Below are positions 1 to 9,766 of a DNA stretch of 64,000 nt, piece by piece; within the stretch, counting starts at the first letter, position 1; each line of letters opens with the position of its first letter. Below the pieces are notes generated by a model, which saw only the letters and a list, made by a program, of their open reading frames with translations, was not told the origin of the DNA and made no database searches. Source of the DNA: a bacterium (lineage in GTDB: Bacteria > UBA8248); contig CBDBZU010000004.1 of the NCBI GenBank assembly GCA_965213625.1, forward strand, positions 2,432,001 to 2,496,000. Reading direction: 5' to 3'. Made by a program: the position numbers and the translations under genes.

Positions 1-1
1 C

Positions 2-739
2 CTCGCTTGGGACGAAAGCGTTACATGGCACTTAAAGGGTGTCATGTGGTACATGCTCATCGGCCTGTTCGGGAGTTCGGTCGGGCGGTACATGATTTTC
101 GGCTCGATGCGCCTGATCGGCCTGGCGCGAACGCAGATTATGGTGCAGTCGGTTCTGGTGTGGTCGGCGCTCATGGGGGTGTTCATTCTGGGCGAGCGGT
201 TCTCGTCGGGCGTAGCCGTCGGTACGCTGGCGATCATGATCGGGGCAATTCTTCTCGTCTACAAAAGAGAGTACTCCAAAAGAGAATCGGGTGAGAATGA
301 TGTTTCACTCCTTTACTTTCTCGTTCCGGTAATCGCCTCCTTCCTGTTTTCCCTTACGTTTGTTTTCAGAAAATACGCCCTCCTCCTCATACCTTCTGAA
401 TCTTTGGGAATTGCGATTTCCACCACCACTGCGTCTGTCCTGCTCCTTCTCGCCATGCCGTTCACGAAGGAAGAAGGAGGGATGAAAGGCTGGAGCCTCA
501 GAGGACTGGTGACGATAGCCTGCGGGGTTCTCGCGAATATAATCGCCGCCCTCTGCTTCTGGACGGCGTTCAGGGAGGGGGAGGTAGTGCAGGTGATACC
601 CATCAACCGCCTCTCCGTCTTGTGGGTCATCGTCTTCTCCTGGTTTTTTCTGAAAAAACAGGAGAGCGTCACGCTGCGCATCGTGATAGGCGGCGTCCTG
701 TCCGTGGTGGGCGCGTTTGCGATTGCGTGGGGGAAGTAA
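2..739 (+). CDS. DMT/EamA family transporter (5' partial)
   Basis: Frame is open from the window start; multiple hydrophobic helices and EamA-type repeats (ILGERFS, FLKKQESVT..IVIGGVL). Confidence 0.85.
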   Translation, partial: LAWDESVTWHLKGVMWYMLIGLFGSSVGRYMIFGSMRLIGLARTQIMVQSVLVWSALMGVFILGERFSSGVAVGTLAIMIGAILLVYKREYSKRESGENDVSLLYFLVPVIASFLFSLTFVFRKYALLLIPSESLGIAISTTTASVLLLLAMPFTKEEGGMKGWSLRGLVTIACGVLANIIAALCFWTAFREGEVVQVIPINRLSVLWVIVFSWFFLKKQESVTLRIVIGGVLSVVGAFAIAWGK

Positions 740-775
740 AAGGGAGTTTCACCACTTGATGTGTGAGCGTCCGGC

Positions 776-1384
776 CTATTCCTCCACCCATTTGGCGGAG
801 AAAGGCACATCCCCGCCCAGGGTGATGCCTGCATCCGAATCCGCCCAGTCGGCGTAGAAAAGAAGCGCTGCTTCGTAGCTGTTCGAGCGCGTATTGCTCG
901 TGCGCGTGTGGGTGATGACCAGATGCGCCAGTTCCAGGGCCTTTGGCAGGCCCTTGGCCCAGACTTTATGCACCCCGTAGACGCCGTGTTGGATTTTCTC
1001 GCCGAATTCGGTGATTTTCCCGGGCGGTACGCTCGTGCCCGTGGGAGGGCCGCCGGGGTTGGGCGCGGATTCCAAAGGTTTCGAGATGTCGTGCAGGATG
1101 CACGAGGCGATGAGCAGGTCGCGGTCGACCTTAATTCCGTGGAGTCTTTCGGCGATATCGGCCAGAGCGAGCGCCATCTGGGTTACGCCCTGAACGTGGC
1201 CGATGAGCGTCATGTGTTTTTCTTCTTTCAGGTTTTTGGGAATATCCTCAAAACGCTCCCAGGCGGTTTCCCGGGCCAGGTCCAGCCAGATGTCGATTAC
1301 CCCATCACGCAACTTGGGGTCTTCGATTTGCTCCACCTCGGGGAAGAGAGCTCGAATCTCATCCGCGTTCGTCTGGATCGCCAT
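776..1384 (-). CDS. HD-domain protein
   Basis: LIGHVQGV...ILHDISK...IQHG...ITH...ADWAD is the HD phosphohydrolase motif set; start moved to MAIQ (AGAAGAA upstream). Confidence 0.8.
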   Translation of the reverse strand: MAIQTNADEIRALFPEVEQIEDPKLRDGVIDIWLDLARETAWERFEDIPKNLKEEKHMTLIGHVQGVTQMALALADIAERLHGIKVDRDLLIASCILHDISKPLESAPNPGGPPTGTSVPPGKITEFGEKIQHGVYGVHKVWAKGLPKALELAHLVITHTRTSNTRSNSYEAALLFYADWADSDAGITLGGDVPFSAKWVEE

Positions 1385-1407
1385 TTCTTCTCTCCGCGCT
1401 GTCTTTC

Positions 1408-1722
1408 CTATGCGTCCGGGACTTCGAGGCCGACCAGGGGTCCGAACTGCTGGCCGCCGTAACAATCACCGTCTTCCAGGTCGCAGGAGAACACGGGACG
1501 GGGGATGGATATCTTAATCGCGCGCGCGGCGTCGTGCTGCACGAGCAGCACTTTCTCCTCCGCCAGATTGTAGAGGCGGCAGAACACCTCTTTCGAGAGG
1601 ACTCCTGAATTCACCACTTGCCGGTAAGTTTCTTCTTCATCGAACATGACGTCGAATGTGAGGTTGAACGGCCCTGCGTTTTTCGAGCGGATGAGTTTTG
1701 CGAGTTCCCCGAGCGTGGCCAT
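1408..1722 (-). CDS. DUF4387-like small protein
   Basis: IRSKNAGPFNLTFD...KISIPRP...DCYGGQQ signature; start overlaps the stop of the upstream AtuA-like gene (TGATG). Confidence 0.85.
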   Translation of the reverse strand: MATLGELAKLIRSKNAGPFNLTFDVMFDEEETYRQVVNSGVLSKEVFCRLYNLAEEKVLLVQHDAARAIKISIPRPVFSCDLEDGDCYGGQQFGPLVGLEVPDA

Positions 1723-3098
1723 CAGTTCGCCACCTCCATCATCTCGCTTTGGAACATCTCGTAGGGGTCGTCCGGGTAGACGATGTGATTCAGGTTGAAG
1801 CGGTAGACGGGGCCCTTTTCGATTTCCGCCGGCGTGAAGGGAAATGCCAGCGTCGAAATAAGACCGCCCCATTCGGGAATGGGGTAGTGGAGCGCGAAAT
1901 GGGCCAGAGTGGCCGCCATGGTGTTGGCGGATACCTGGTCCTCCGCCGTCACCTCGAAGAGAACGCCCACCTCGTGGGGAATTCGTCCAGCCTCGGGTTC
2001 GAGCGTTCCCATCACGGCGTCGCGTCCGAATACACGGATGTGGAGTTGATAGGCGGGCGGCGTTTCGTGGTCAGGGAAAATTTCCTGAACGCGCGTCTCA
2101 AAGCCCTCCCGGATGCCGTCGAGCCAGGAGTCGAGTTGCTTGAGGATCATGGGGTCGCGCACCCCGCCGATGATCACCGACTGGTAGCCGACGAGTTCTG
2201 CCCCTTCGAGCTTTATGGAATACCGCTCAGCCGTATGAAACTCAGACCCTCCCACGCGAACGGCACGTTCACTCTCCGCCGAGTAGGCCGAGTGGGTCGT
2301 GTCCAGGACTCCCGCGGGTTCGGTGATGCGGTAAGGGTCTGTGTTCTCATACAGGGTGTGCGAAGCCACGCTCTGCGGGGTGCAGTACATCTGGGGGTTG
2401 AGTGGTTCGACCACAAAATGATCGTCGCGAATCCAGGCGAAACACCCATCCGGTCGCGCACGGTGCACGGCGCAAGCCGCGCCGCATTCGAGAATCTTGG
2501 CCGCATGCCAGGAAAGTCCCCGGTCCGCACCCATTCGGACAGGATGGCAGGCGAAGACCGAGGTGTCGGAAGCCCTGCCGGTCAGCACGACATCCGCTCC
2601 CTCATCGAGCGCACGGGCGATGGGTTCATCGCCCATCATACCGACGATGTGCGCGCTCTTTTCGATTATCTCCTCATCGAGCGGAGGGGCCGGATCGAGC
2701 GCCTGTATGCGACCTTCCCTGTATCTTTTCTTGAGGTACGCCTTGTCCTGTTCACCGTGGACCAGAGCGAGGTTGAAGCTCATTCCCTCTTCATTGGCGA
2801 TTTCGAGACAAATATCGCGCGCCCACTCGAGGCCCGCATCACCGCCCCCCGTGCCGCATGAACCCACGATCATGGGGACGCCCAGGCGTTCGCGCCCTTG
2901 GAGCATGAGCTTTAAGTCTCGCTTGGTCGCCGAGCGGGAGAAGTTCGGTTTTCCCGCGCCGAGAAAGGCCGGTCCGTTGTCCGTCGAACCCCCGTCGCAG
3001 GCGATGACGTGGGGCTTCATGGACAATCCGCGCTCGAAGGAGCTTTGGGGAAAACCGGAGCCGATTACGCCGCAAGGGGATAGTACACGCGCTTCCAA
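1722..3098 (-). CDS. Acyclic terpene utilisation AtuA (DUF1446) family protein
   Basis: IACDGGSTDNGP, IVGSCGTGG, GRASD, WHAAKILECG and HTLYE motifs; TTG start after GGAG. Confidence 0.85.
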   Translation of the reverse strand: MEARVLSPCGVIGSGFPQSSFERGLSMKPHVIACDGGSTDNGPAFLGAGKPNFSRSATKRDLKLMLQGRERLGVPMIVGSCGTGGGDAGLEWARDICLEIANEEGMSFNLALVHGEQDKAYLKKRYREGRIQALDPAPPLDEEIIEKSAHIVGMMGDEPIARALDEGADVVLTGRASDTSVFACHPVRMGADRGLSWHAAKILECGAACAVHRARPDGCFAWIRDDHFVVEPLNPQMYCTPQSVASHTLYENTDPYRITEPAGVLDTTHSAYSAESERAVRVGGSEFHTAERYSIKLEGAELVGYQSVIIGGVRDPMILKQLDSWLDGIREGFETRVQEIFPDHETPPAYQLHIRVFGRDAVMGTLEPEAGRIPHEVGVLFEVTAEDQVSANTMAATLAHFALHYPIPEWGGLISTLAFPFTPAEIEKGPVYRFNLNHIVYPDDPYEMFQSEMMEVAN

Positions 3099-3261
3099 GA
3101 TTGATTTCACTCCATACAGGTGAGACACATGCGCATCCTGCGCATGAAGCACGCCCCGAGGTTGCTTCGATGCTGGATGCTGCCAAGTCATTATAGCGAG
3201 CAAGCATCCTACACCGGTTTTCTCGTGAGAGAAAGACAGAAGACGAATCAGGCGCGCGGCG

Positions 3262-3963
3262 CTATTCCCCGTTTAATTTTCGGCGAACCGCAAGGAGCGC
3301 GGCCAGGTTGCTCGTCATCACAGGGAGGTCGGGGTAGCGGGCATGAATCTCAGGTAAAGCGTCCACGGCGGGCAGGTTCGTGCAGGAGACGAAAAGACAA
3401 TCCGCTTTTTTCAGGTTTTGGGTGGAGAGTTTCTCGTCAGCGAATTTGAGGAGCTTATCCGCCCGCGTGTTTCCGATCTCGATGTTGTCCGTTATCCCCA
3501 TGCCGTCTATCGAGAGTACCTCCATGCCGTCTTCTTCGAGCGACGCGCGTATGGGCCTGTTTAACTCATCGACGTAAGGTGTAAGCACCACGAGTTTCTT
3601 CGCGTTCATATCGGCGAATTCACACGCGAGCGCCGAGAGTATGGTGGCCGTCTCGGCGCCGGTTTCTTCCTCGATTTGTGCTTTTATCTTCTGGTCATGC
3701 GCCTGTCCGAAGAGCGCGCCGCCCGACGTGCATCCAAATACGCAAAAATGCGGCTCCACCGTCTTGAGCATCCGGTTCGCCTCGGGCAGGGATTCCTCGA
3801 GCATTCGGATTTCGGCCTGTTTCGTCGTCTCGTCCAAAAACATGCGGGAGGTGGCGGTGAAGACTCCCTCCGGCAGATTCCTGTGAAAATCTCGCTCCAT
3901 CGTTGCGTTCGAGGAGGGAACAAGAAGGCCGACCCGGAACTGGGCTCCATTTATCGCGTTCAT
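3262..3963 (-). CDS. Maleate cis-trans isomerase / Asp-Glu racemase family protein
   Basis: GLLVPSSN.TME, FGCTSG, LTPY and SCTNLP motifs, with both catalytic Cys present. Confidence 0.85.
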   Translation of the reverse strand: MNAINGAQFRVGLLVPSSNATMERDFHRNLPEGVFTATSRMFLDETTKQAEIRMLEESLPEANRMLKTVEPHFCVFGCTSGGALFGQAHDQKIKAQIEEETGAETATILSALACEFADMNAKKLVVLTPYVDELNRPIRASLEEDGMEVLSIDGMGITDNIEIGNTRADKLLKFADEKLSTQNLKKADCLFVSCTNLPAVDALPEIHARYPDLPVMTSNLAALLAVRRKLNGE

Positions 3964-4179
3964 CACGAACTCCAGGGCAGGTGATGGAATCAGGAATTGT
4001 AGAGCAATTCGATGGGTGAGCAAACCGGGATTAGCTGGGACATTGCGTTCGCGGTGCGGAATTGTTTCGAGGGGATACCTGTGCCTCGCCTCGAAACAAA
4101 AGGTGTTGTAAAACTTGTGGTGCTGCGCCTTTTTCGTAATTTGCAATGGTATCACTTTCATATATCGGAAGGGATTTTC

Positions 4180-5331
4180 GTGGATTTTGGGCTCGAAGAA
4201 TCGGATCGCCTGCTCCAGCAGACGGCGCGAGAACTGGCGATAAGAGAATTCGCAGGAGATGCCTTCTCCTATGCGCGAACGGGCGAGTACCCCCGGCGCT
4301 CCATGAAGATGTTGGCCGAGCACGGCATGATGGGGATGACGGTGGCCGAACCGCACGGTGGGGGCCAATCGATTTTCGAAGCCTGCCTGGTGATGGAGGC
4401 GGTCTCGCAGGTGTGTCCCCACAGCGGCGACGTGGTGCAGATGGGGAACATGGGGCCCATCCGCGTGATAGACGAGTTGGGCACAGCCGAGCAGAAGGAG
4501 CGCTTTCTGCCTCCGATATGCCGGGGGGAGAGAGTAATCTCCATCAGCATGACGGAGCCCGACGCCGGTTCGGCCGCTACGGAATTACAGACCACGGCGG
4601 AATATGACGGCGAGAGCGTTCTCGTGAATGGCCAAAAGTGCTTCAGTTCCAACGCCCCGCACGCGGACTTGTTCGTCGTATACGTGCGCTTTGGCCCCAG
4701 GACGCGTGATTGCGGGGCTGTCGTGGTGGAGACGGGAACGCCAGGCTTCACGAAGGGAAAGACCGAACACTACATGAGCGGGGAGGCGCACTGCGCGCTT
4801 CATTTCGAGAACGCCCGTATCCCCAGGCAGAACGTGCTGGTCGATGAGGAGGGTTTCCGGGTGCTCATGCCCGTGTTCAACGTTGAGCGGCTCGGAAACG
4901 CCACGCGCTGCCTTGCCCTGGCGCAGGCGGCATACGATATGACGGTCGCCCACACCAGCGAGAGACGCCAGTTCGATCGCCCCTTGTGCGAGTTCCAGGG
5001 AGTGCAGTGGATGGTGGCGGATATGCGGGTGAAGCTCGAAGCGGCGCGCCTGCTCCTCTATCGCGCGCTATCGAACGCGCGCGCGGGCCTGCCATCGGCG
5101 GTGGAGACGACGAGCGCCAAGCTCTACTGCAACGAGATGGCGCGCCAGGTGGCGGACGACGCGATCCAGCTTCACGGCGGCTATGGCTTTTCGACCGAGA
5201 TGCCGCTCGAGTTCCTCTACCGCAAGATCCGCGGGTGGTCCATCGCGGGTGGCTCCACCGAGATGTTGAGAAACCGCCTGGCTTCCCTGATCTACGAGCG
5301 CCCCTTCAGCCAGCGTCCGCCCAGGGCGTAA
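4180..5331 (+). CDS. Acyl-CoA dehydrogenase family protein
   Basis: MTEPDAGS, NGQKCF, RRQF, QLHGGYG motifs; GTG start after GGAAGG. Confidence 0.9.
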   Translation: MDFGLEESDRLLQQTARELAIREFAGDAFSYARTGEYPRRSMKMLAEHGMMGMTVAEPHGGGQSIFEACLVMEAVSQVCPHSGDVVQMGNMGPIRVIDELGTAEQKERFLPPICRGERVISISMTEPDAGSAATELQTTAEYDGESVLVNGQKCFSSNAPHADLFVVYVRFGPRTRDCGAVVVETGTPGFTKGKTEHYMSGEAHCALHFENARIPRQNVLVDEEGFRVLMPVFNVERLGNATRCLALAQAAYDMTVAHTSERRQFDRPLCEFQGVQWMVADMRVKLEAARLLLYRALSNARAGLPSAVETTSAKLYCNEMARQVADDAIQLHGGYGFSTEMPLEFLYRKIRGWSIAGGSTEMLRNRLASLIYERPFSQRPPRA

Positions 5332-5368
5332 CTTAATCCGCGATGAATTTTAGGGGATTCTCCTGATC

Positions 5369-7480
5369 ATGGAGCGCAGTACGAAAGAGAGCCTCGCGCG
5401 CTTGCTCTCGCCCAAATCTGTCGCCATCATCGGAGCGTCGGCAAACCTGGAGCAATTCAACGGCCGCGTGGTGAAGAATCTGCTGCGTCACGGTTATGGT
5501 GGCAGGGTCTATCCCGTTAATCCCAATTACGAAGAAGTGGCCGGAGTGCGCTGTTGGCCCCGGCTCGATGCGCTTCCCGAAGCGCCGGATGTCGCCTTTA
5601 TCACAGTGGGAATAGAGCGAGTCCCGGACGTGCTGAGTCAATGCGCCGAGGCGGAAGTAGGCGCGGCCATCATTTATACCGGCGGTTTTTCCGAGGCGGA
5701 TGAAGCGGGCGCAAGCCTGGAAGCTGAAATTCAGCGCATCGCCCAGGATGGAGGAGTCCGCATCTGCGGGCCGAACACGGCGGGCGTGCACAACTTTCAC
5801 CATAAATTTCACTTGGCGGGCCTGATAGCACTCGACGTGGAGGAGATGCTGCCCGGCAGCATCGGGGTGGTCTGCCAGAGCGGGAGCATCGGCGGCGCAA
5901 TGCTCTCGCGCGCGACGCAGCGCGGCATCGGTTTCAGCCACCTCATCTCCTGCGGCAACGAGATGGACTTGGAGCTTTCGGATTATCTCGATTTTCTCAT
6001 CGACGACCCCCAAACCCGTGCTATCGCGGTATATCTCGAAGGAGTTCGCGACGGCGAGAGATTCAAAAGAGTTTTGGAAAAGGCGCTGCGAGAAGAAAAA
6101 CCCCTGGTCGTCCTGAAGGTGGGCGAAGCGCGCGAGGGAGAGCGCGCGGCCTTGAGCCATACAGGGGCCATGGTGGGTGAAGACAGGGTGTACGAGGCGC
6201 TGTTCCGAAAGTGGGGCGTTACGCGGGTAGATGACCTCGAAGCGCTTTTCGAAGTTGCCCACATGTTCTGTGTTTCCCCGATACCCGATGGAAACAGAAT
6301 AGGGGTCGTAACGACGACGGGCGGGGCAGGCGCTTTAATGGCCGATAAATGCGGCGCCCTCGGCCTCGAAATCGCAGAGGTGGATGACGTCCTCAGTACC
6401 CGGATGAAGGAAAAACACCCCGCCTTCGGGCGGATAGAGAATCCGCTCGACACCACCATCGCAGACATTCACCTGTATTCGGATTTTCTCAAAACATTTC
6501 TCAAGAGCGGCTGCTTCGACGCGGTGATTCCCATCGTGGGTTCAAGCGCGCAGTTCAAACCCGAGATGGGAGTAGAGCCCATTGTGCGGTTGAAGCGGAC
6601 GAGTCCTGACGTTCCGATGCTGGCCTACTTCAACCCCCATGCCGAGGATGCGCACAGGCTGTTGGCGAGGGAGGGAATCGCTTCTTTTCAGTCGATATCA
6701 GGCTGCGCCCGCGCGGCGGCGGCCTTGGTTCGGTATGCAAAAGTATTGAAAAGAGAGGAGAAAAGCGCATCGCGACCCGTATATGAAGCGCCGTCTTCTT
6801 TGGTAGCCGAAGCACTGTCCGCTGCCGGGCCGCTGAACGAGGCGCAATCTCTGGCGCTCACCCGTGAATTCGGTTTGCCCGTGGTGGCGCATCGTTTCTG
6901 CCGCTCGGAAGAAGAAGTGCGCCTGGCGGCGCGTGATTTGCGTTTTCCGCTCGTTTTAAAGGGCGTGTCCTCGAAAATTCACCACAAAATGGAGTGGAGG
7001 CTGGTGAAAACGGGCCTCGGCGATGAGGCTGCGCTCGAAGCCGCGCTCGCGGATATCACGAGCCTTTGGGAGAAGTGCGCTTTGGAAGGTTATCTGCTTC
7101 AGGAGCAAGTCGAGGATGGCGTCGAATTCATGCTCGGCGTGAAGCGAGACTCTCAGTTCGGCCCGGTCGTGACGGTTGGACTCGGAGGGGTGAATGTGGA
7201 ATTGCTCGATGACGTAAGCGCGTGCATTGCGCCGTTTACACTCGATGACGCATACGAGATGATGGATGAACTAAAGTGCAGGAAAATTTTCGAGAGCCAC
7301 AGGGGACGCGGGCCGTTGGATGTGGAAGCCTTTTCCGAGATCATTTTACGGTTGGGGGATGCCGCTTTCGCACACCGTGAAAAAATTGAAGAAATGGATT
7401 TGAATCCCGTATTTTTGCGTGAGAAGGGTGGAGGATGCCTGGTGGCGGATGCGCTCATCATCACGGGAAACTCTGCATAA
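5369..7480 (+). CDS. Acetate--CoA ligase (ADP-forming) family acyl-CoA synthetase
   Basis: CoA-binding N-terminus (AIIGAS, GPNT), QSGS, phospho-His motif SHTGA, and C-terminal ATP-grasp (EMDLNPV). Confidence 0.9.
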   Translation: MERSTKESLARLLSPKSVAIIGASANLEQFNGRVVKNLLRHGYGGRVYPVNPNYEEVAGVRCWPRLDALPEAPDVAFITVGIERVPDVLSQCAEAEVGAAIIYTGGFSEADEAGASLEAEIQRIAQDGGVRICGPNTAGVHNFHHKFHLAGLIALDVEEMLPGSIGVVCQSGSIGGAMLSRATQRGIGFSHLISCGNEMDLELSDYLDFLIDDPQTRAIAVYLEGVRDGERFKRVLEKALREEKPLVVLKVGEAREGERAALSHTGAMVGEDRVYEALFRKWGVTRVDDLEALFEVAHMFCVSPIPDGNRIGVVTTTGGAGALMADKCGALGLEIAEVDDVLSTRMKEKHPAFGRIENPLDTTIADIHLYSDFLKTFLKSGCFDAVIPIVGSSAQFKPEMGVEPIVRLKRTSPDVPMLAYFNPHAEDAHRLLAREGIASFQSISGCARAAAALVRYAKVLKREEKSASRPVYEAPSSLVAEALSAAGPLNEAQSLALTREFGLPVVAHRFCRSEEEVRLAARDLRFPLVLKGVSSKIHHKMEWRLVKTGLGDEAALEAALADITSLWEKCALEGYLLQEQVEDGVEFMLGVKRDSQFGPVVTVGLGGVNVELLDDVSACIAPFTLDDAYEMMDELKCRKIFESHRGRGPLDVEAFSEIILRLGDAAFAHREKIEEMDLNPVFLREKGGGCLVADALIITGNSA

Positions 7481-7652
7481 AATTGCGCTTTTCTTCTGTT
7501 TGATGCCATGAAAAAGGCGCACCCCATGCGCCGAAAATCGCCGATTGACTTTGCGGTAAACAACGATTAGTGTTTTCCATACCTTGGATTCGCAAAGAGC
7601 CAATAACATTTTTTGATTTTGTTTCTTCCTGGTTGAGCAAGGTTGAGGATAG

Positions 7653-8642
7653 ATGAGTGCGCTTCTTGAAATCGAAGACTTGAGAACGCATTTTTTCACC
7701 TCCTCAGGTGTCGTGAAGGCTGTCAACGGCATCTCCTACGATGTTCAGGAAGGCGAGACGGTAGCGATCGTCGGAGAGTCGGGCTGCGGGAAGTCCGTCA
7801 GCGCGCTTTCCGTTCTCGGCCTCATACCGAATCCGCCCGGCCGCATCGTCGGGGGTGCGATACGCTTTCTGGGTGACGATCTGATCAAGCTCGAAGACCT
7901 GGAAATCAGAAACATCCGGGGCCGCCAGATCGGCATGATCTTCCAGGAGCCCATGACGTCCCTGAACCCCGTGTTGACCATAGGGCTGCAGCTCACCGAG
8001 ACAATGGAACACCACCTCGGCATGGACAGGGCCGACGCGGAGAAAAAAGCGGTCGAATATCTCCGCCTCGTGGGTATCTCAGAGCCCGAGCGGCGACTCC
8101 GGCAATACCCGCACCACCTGAGCGGCGGGATGCGGCAAAGGGTGATGATCGCGATGGCACTTTGCTGCGAGCCGAAGCTCATCATCGCGGATGAGCCGAC
8201 GACGGCGCTCGACGTCACTATCCAGGCCCAGATACTGGAGTTGATGAAAAACCTCACCAAGCGAATGGGTGTTGCGCTCATCATCATCACGCACAACCTC
8301 GGCGTGGTGGCCCGGTATGCGGACCGCGTGAACGTCATGTACGCGGGAAAGATAATCGAGCGCGGCCTGGCGGCGGACATCTACCGCGAACCGAAGCATC
8401 CATACACCCTGGGGCTGCTGAGTTCCGTGCCGAGGCTCGATCAACCGAGGCAAAAGCGACTGGACCCCATCGACGGACAACCGCCTGATCTCACACGCCT
8501 GGGCGCGGGTTGTTCTTTTCTGCCCCGGTGCAAATTCGCCGTGGATAAGTGCGCGAGCGAGATTCCGCCACTAGAGACAATCGGGAACGGCCATCTATCT
8601 GCTTGCTGGGAAAAAGAAAACCTGGAAACGGTGAAAGGTTGA
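7653..8642 (+). CDS. oppD: Oligopeptide/dipeptide ABC transporter ATP-binding protein (OppD/DppD-like)
   Basis: [29 protein letters not shown] and a C-terminal Cys cluster. Confidence 0.93.
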   Translation: MSALLEIEDLRTHFFTSSGVVKAVNGISYDVQEGETVAIVGESGCGKSVSALSVLGLIPNPPGRIVGGAIRFLGDDLIKLEDLEIRNIRGRQIGMIFQEPMTSLNPVLTIGLQLTETMEHHLGMDRADAEKKAVEYLRLVGISEPERRLRQYPHHLSGGMRQRVMIAMALCCEPKLIIADEPTTALDVTIQAQILELMKNLTKRMGVALIIITHNLGVVARYADRVNVMYAGKIIERGLAADIYREPKHPYTLGLLSSVPRLDQPRQKRLDPIDGQPPDLTRLGAGCSFLPRCKFAVDKCASEIPPLETIGNGHLSACWEKENLETVKG

Positions 8643-8646
8643 GCGA

Positions 8647-9681
8647 ATGACTCCTGACGCATCCACCCTCGAACGTGACGCTCAATACTCCCGAAACAGT
8701 GAGCTTGGCGACGTGCTCGTGGACGTCAAGGGCCTTAAGATGCACTTCCCGATCACCGAGGGCATCATTTTCAATAAGCTGGTCGGGCTCGTGAAGGCGG
8801 TGGATGGGGTAGATTTCCACATCAGGCGTGGCGAGACGCTCGGCCTCGTGGGTGAGAGCGGTTGCGGCAAGACGACGACGGGCAGGTGCATCCTCCAACT
8901 CGAACGCCCCACGGAAGGAGAGATATTTTTCGAGGGTGCGGATCTGACGAAACTCGATCAGGTGGCGCTGCGCGAGTACCGGCAGAAAATCCAGGTCATC
9001 TTCCAGGACCCTTACAGTTCGCTGAATCCGCGCATGAAGATCGGCGAGATGATAGACGAGCCCATGTACGTCCACGGTATCGAACCAGATGCCCGCAAGA
9101 GAAAGCAGAGAATCAGCGAACTTCTCAGCGTCTGCGGACTCAACCCCAAGATGGCCGACAGATATCCCCACGAGATGAGCGGCGGACAGCGCCAGCGCGT
9201 GGGAATCGCCCGCGCCTTGAGCCTCAAGCCCGAATTCATCATTTGCGATGAACCCGTCTCGGCGCTCGACGTGTCCATTCAGGCGCAAATTATCAATTTG
9301 CTCGAAGATTTGAGAGAGGAATATAATCTCACCTATCTTTTCATTGCGCACGATCTGAGCGTGGTGCGCCACCTTTGCCACCGCGTGGCGGTGATGTATC
9401 TGGGCCGGATTGTAGAGTTGGCGGATTGCGATGAGTTGTACGACAATCCCATGCACCCTTATACGAGGGCGTTGCTGTCTGCCGTTCCCGTGCCGGACCC
9501 GGAAGTAGAGCAGGGACGCGACGTCAGTTTTGTCGCGGGAGAAGTGCCCAGTCCCATAAATCCGCCGCCGGGCTGTGTGTTCCATCCCCGGTGTCCCATC
9601 GCCGTGGAGAATTGCTCGAAAGAAGTACCCTTGTTGCGTGAATTGAAACCGGGCCATTGGGTGGCCTGTACGGAAGTTTAA
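8647..9681 (+). CDS. oppF: Oligopeptide/dipeptide ABC transporter ATP-binding protein (OppF/DppF-like)
   Basis: [37 protein letters not shown]. Confidence 0.93.
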   Translation: MTPDASTLERDAQYSRNSELGDVLVDVKGLKMHFPITEGIIFNKLVGLVKAVDGVDFHIRRGETLGLVGESGCGKTTTGRCILQLERPTEGEIFFEGADLTKLDQVALREYRQKIQVIFQDPYSSLNPRMKIGEMIDEPMYVHGIEPDARKRKQRISELLSVCGLNPKMADRYPHEMSGGQRQRVGIARALSLKPEFIICDEPVSALDVSIQAQIINLLEDLREEYNLTYLFIAHDLSVVRHLCHRVAVMYLGRIVELADCDELYDNPMHPYTRALLSAVPVPDPEVEQGRDVSFVAGEVPSPINPPPGCVFHPRCPIAVENCSKEVPLLRELKPGHWVACTEV

Positions 9682-9766
9682 TTTTTCCGCATTTGTTGTT
9701 TTACTCGTGACTTGCCTGATTTGTGATGTATCGATTTTACCCTGGGAACATGAAAGGAGATTCCTT

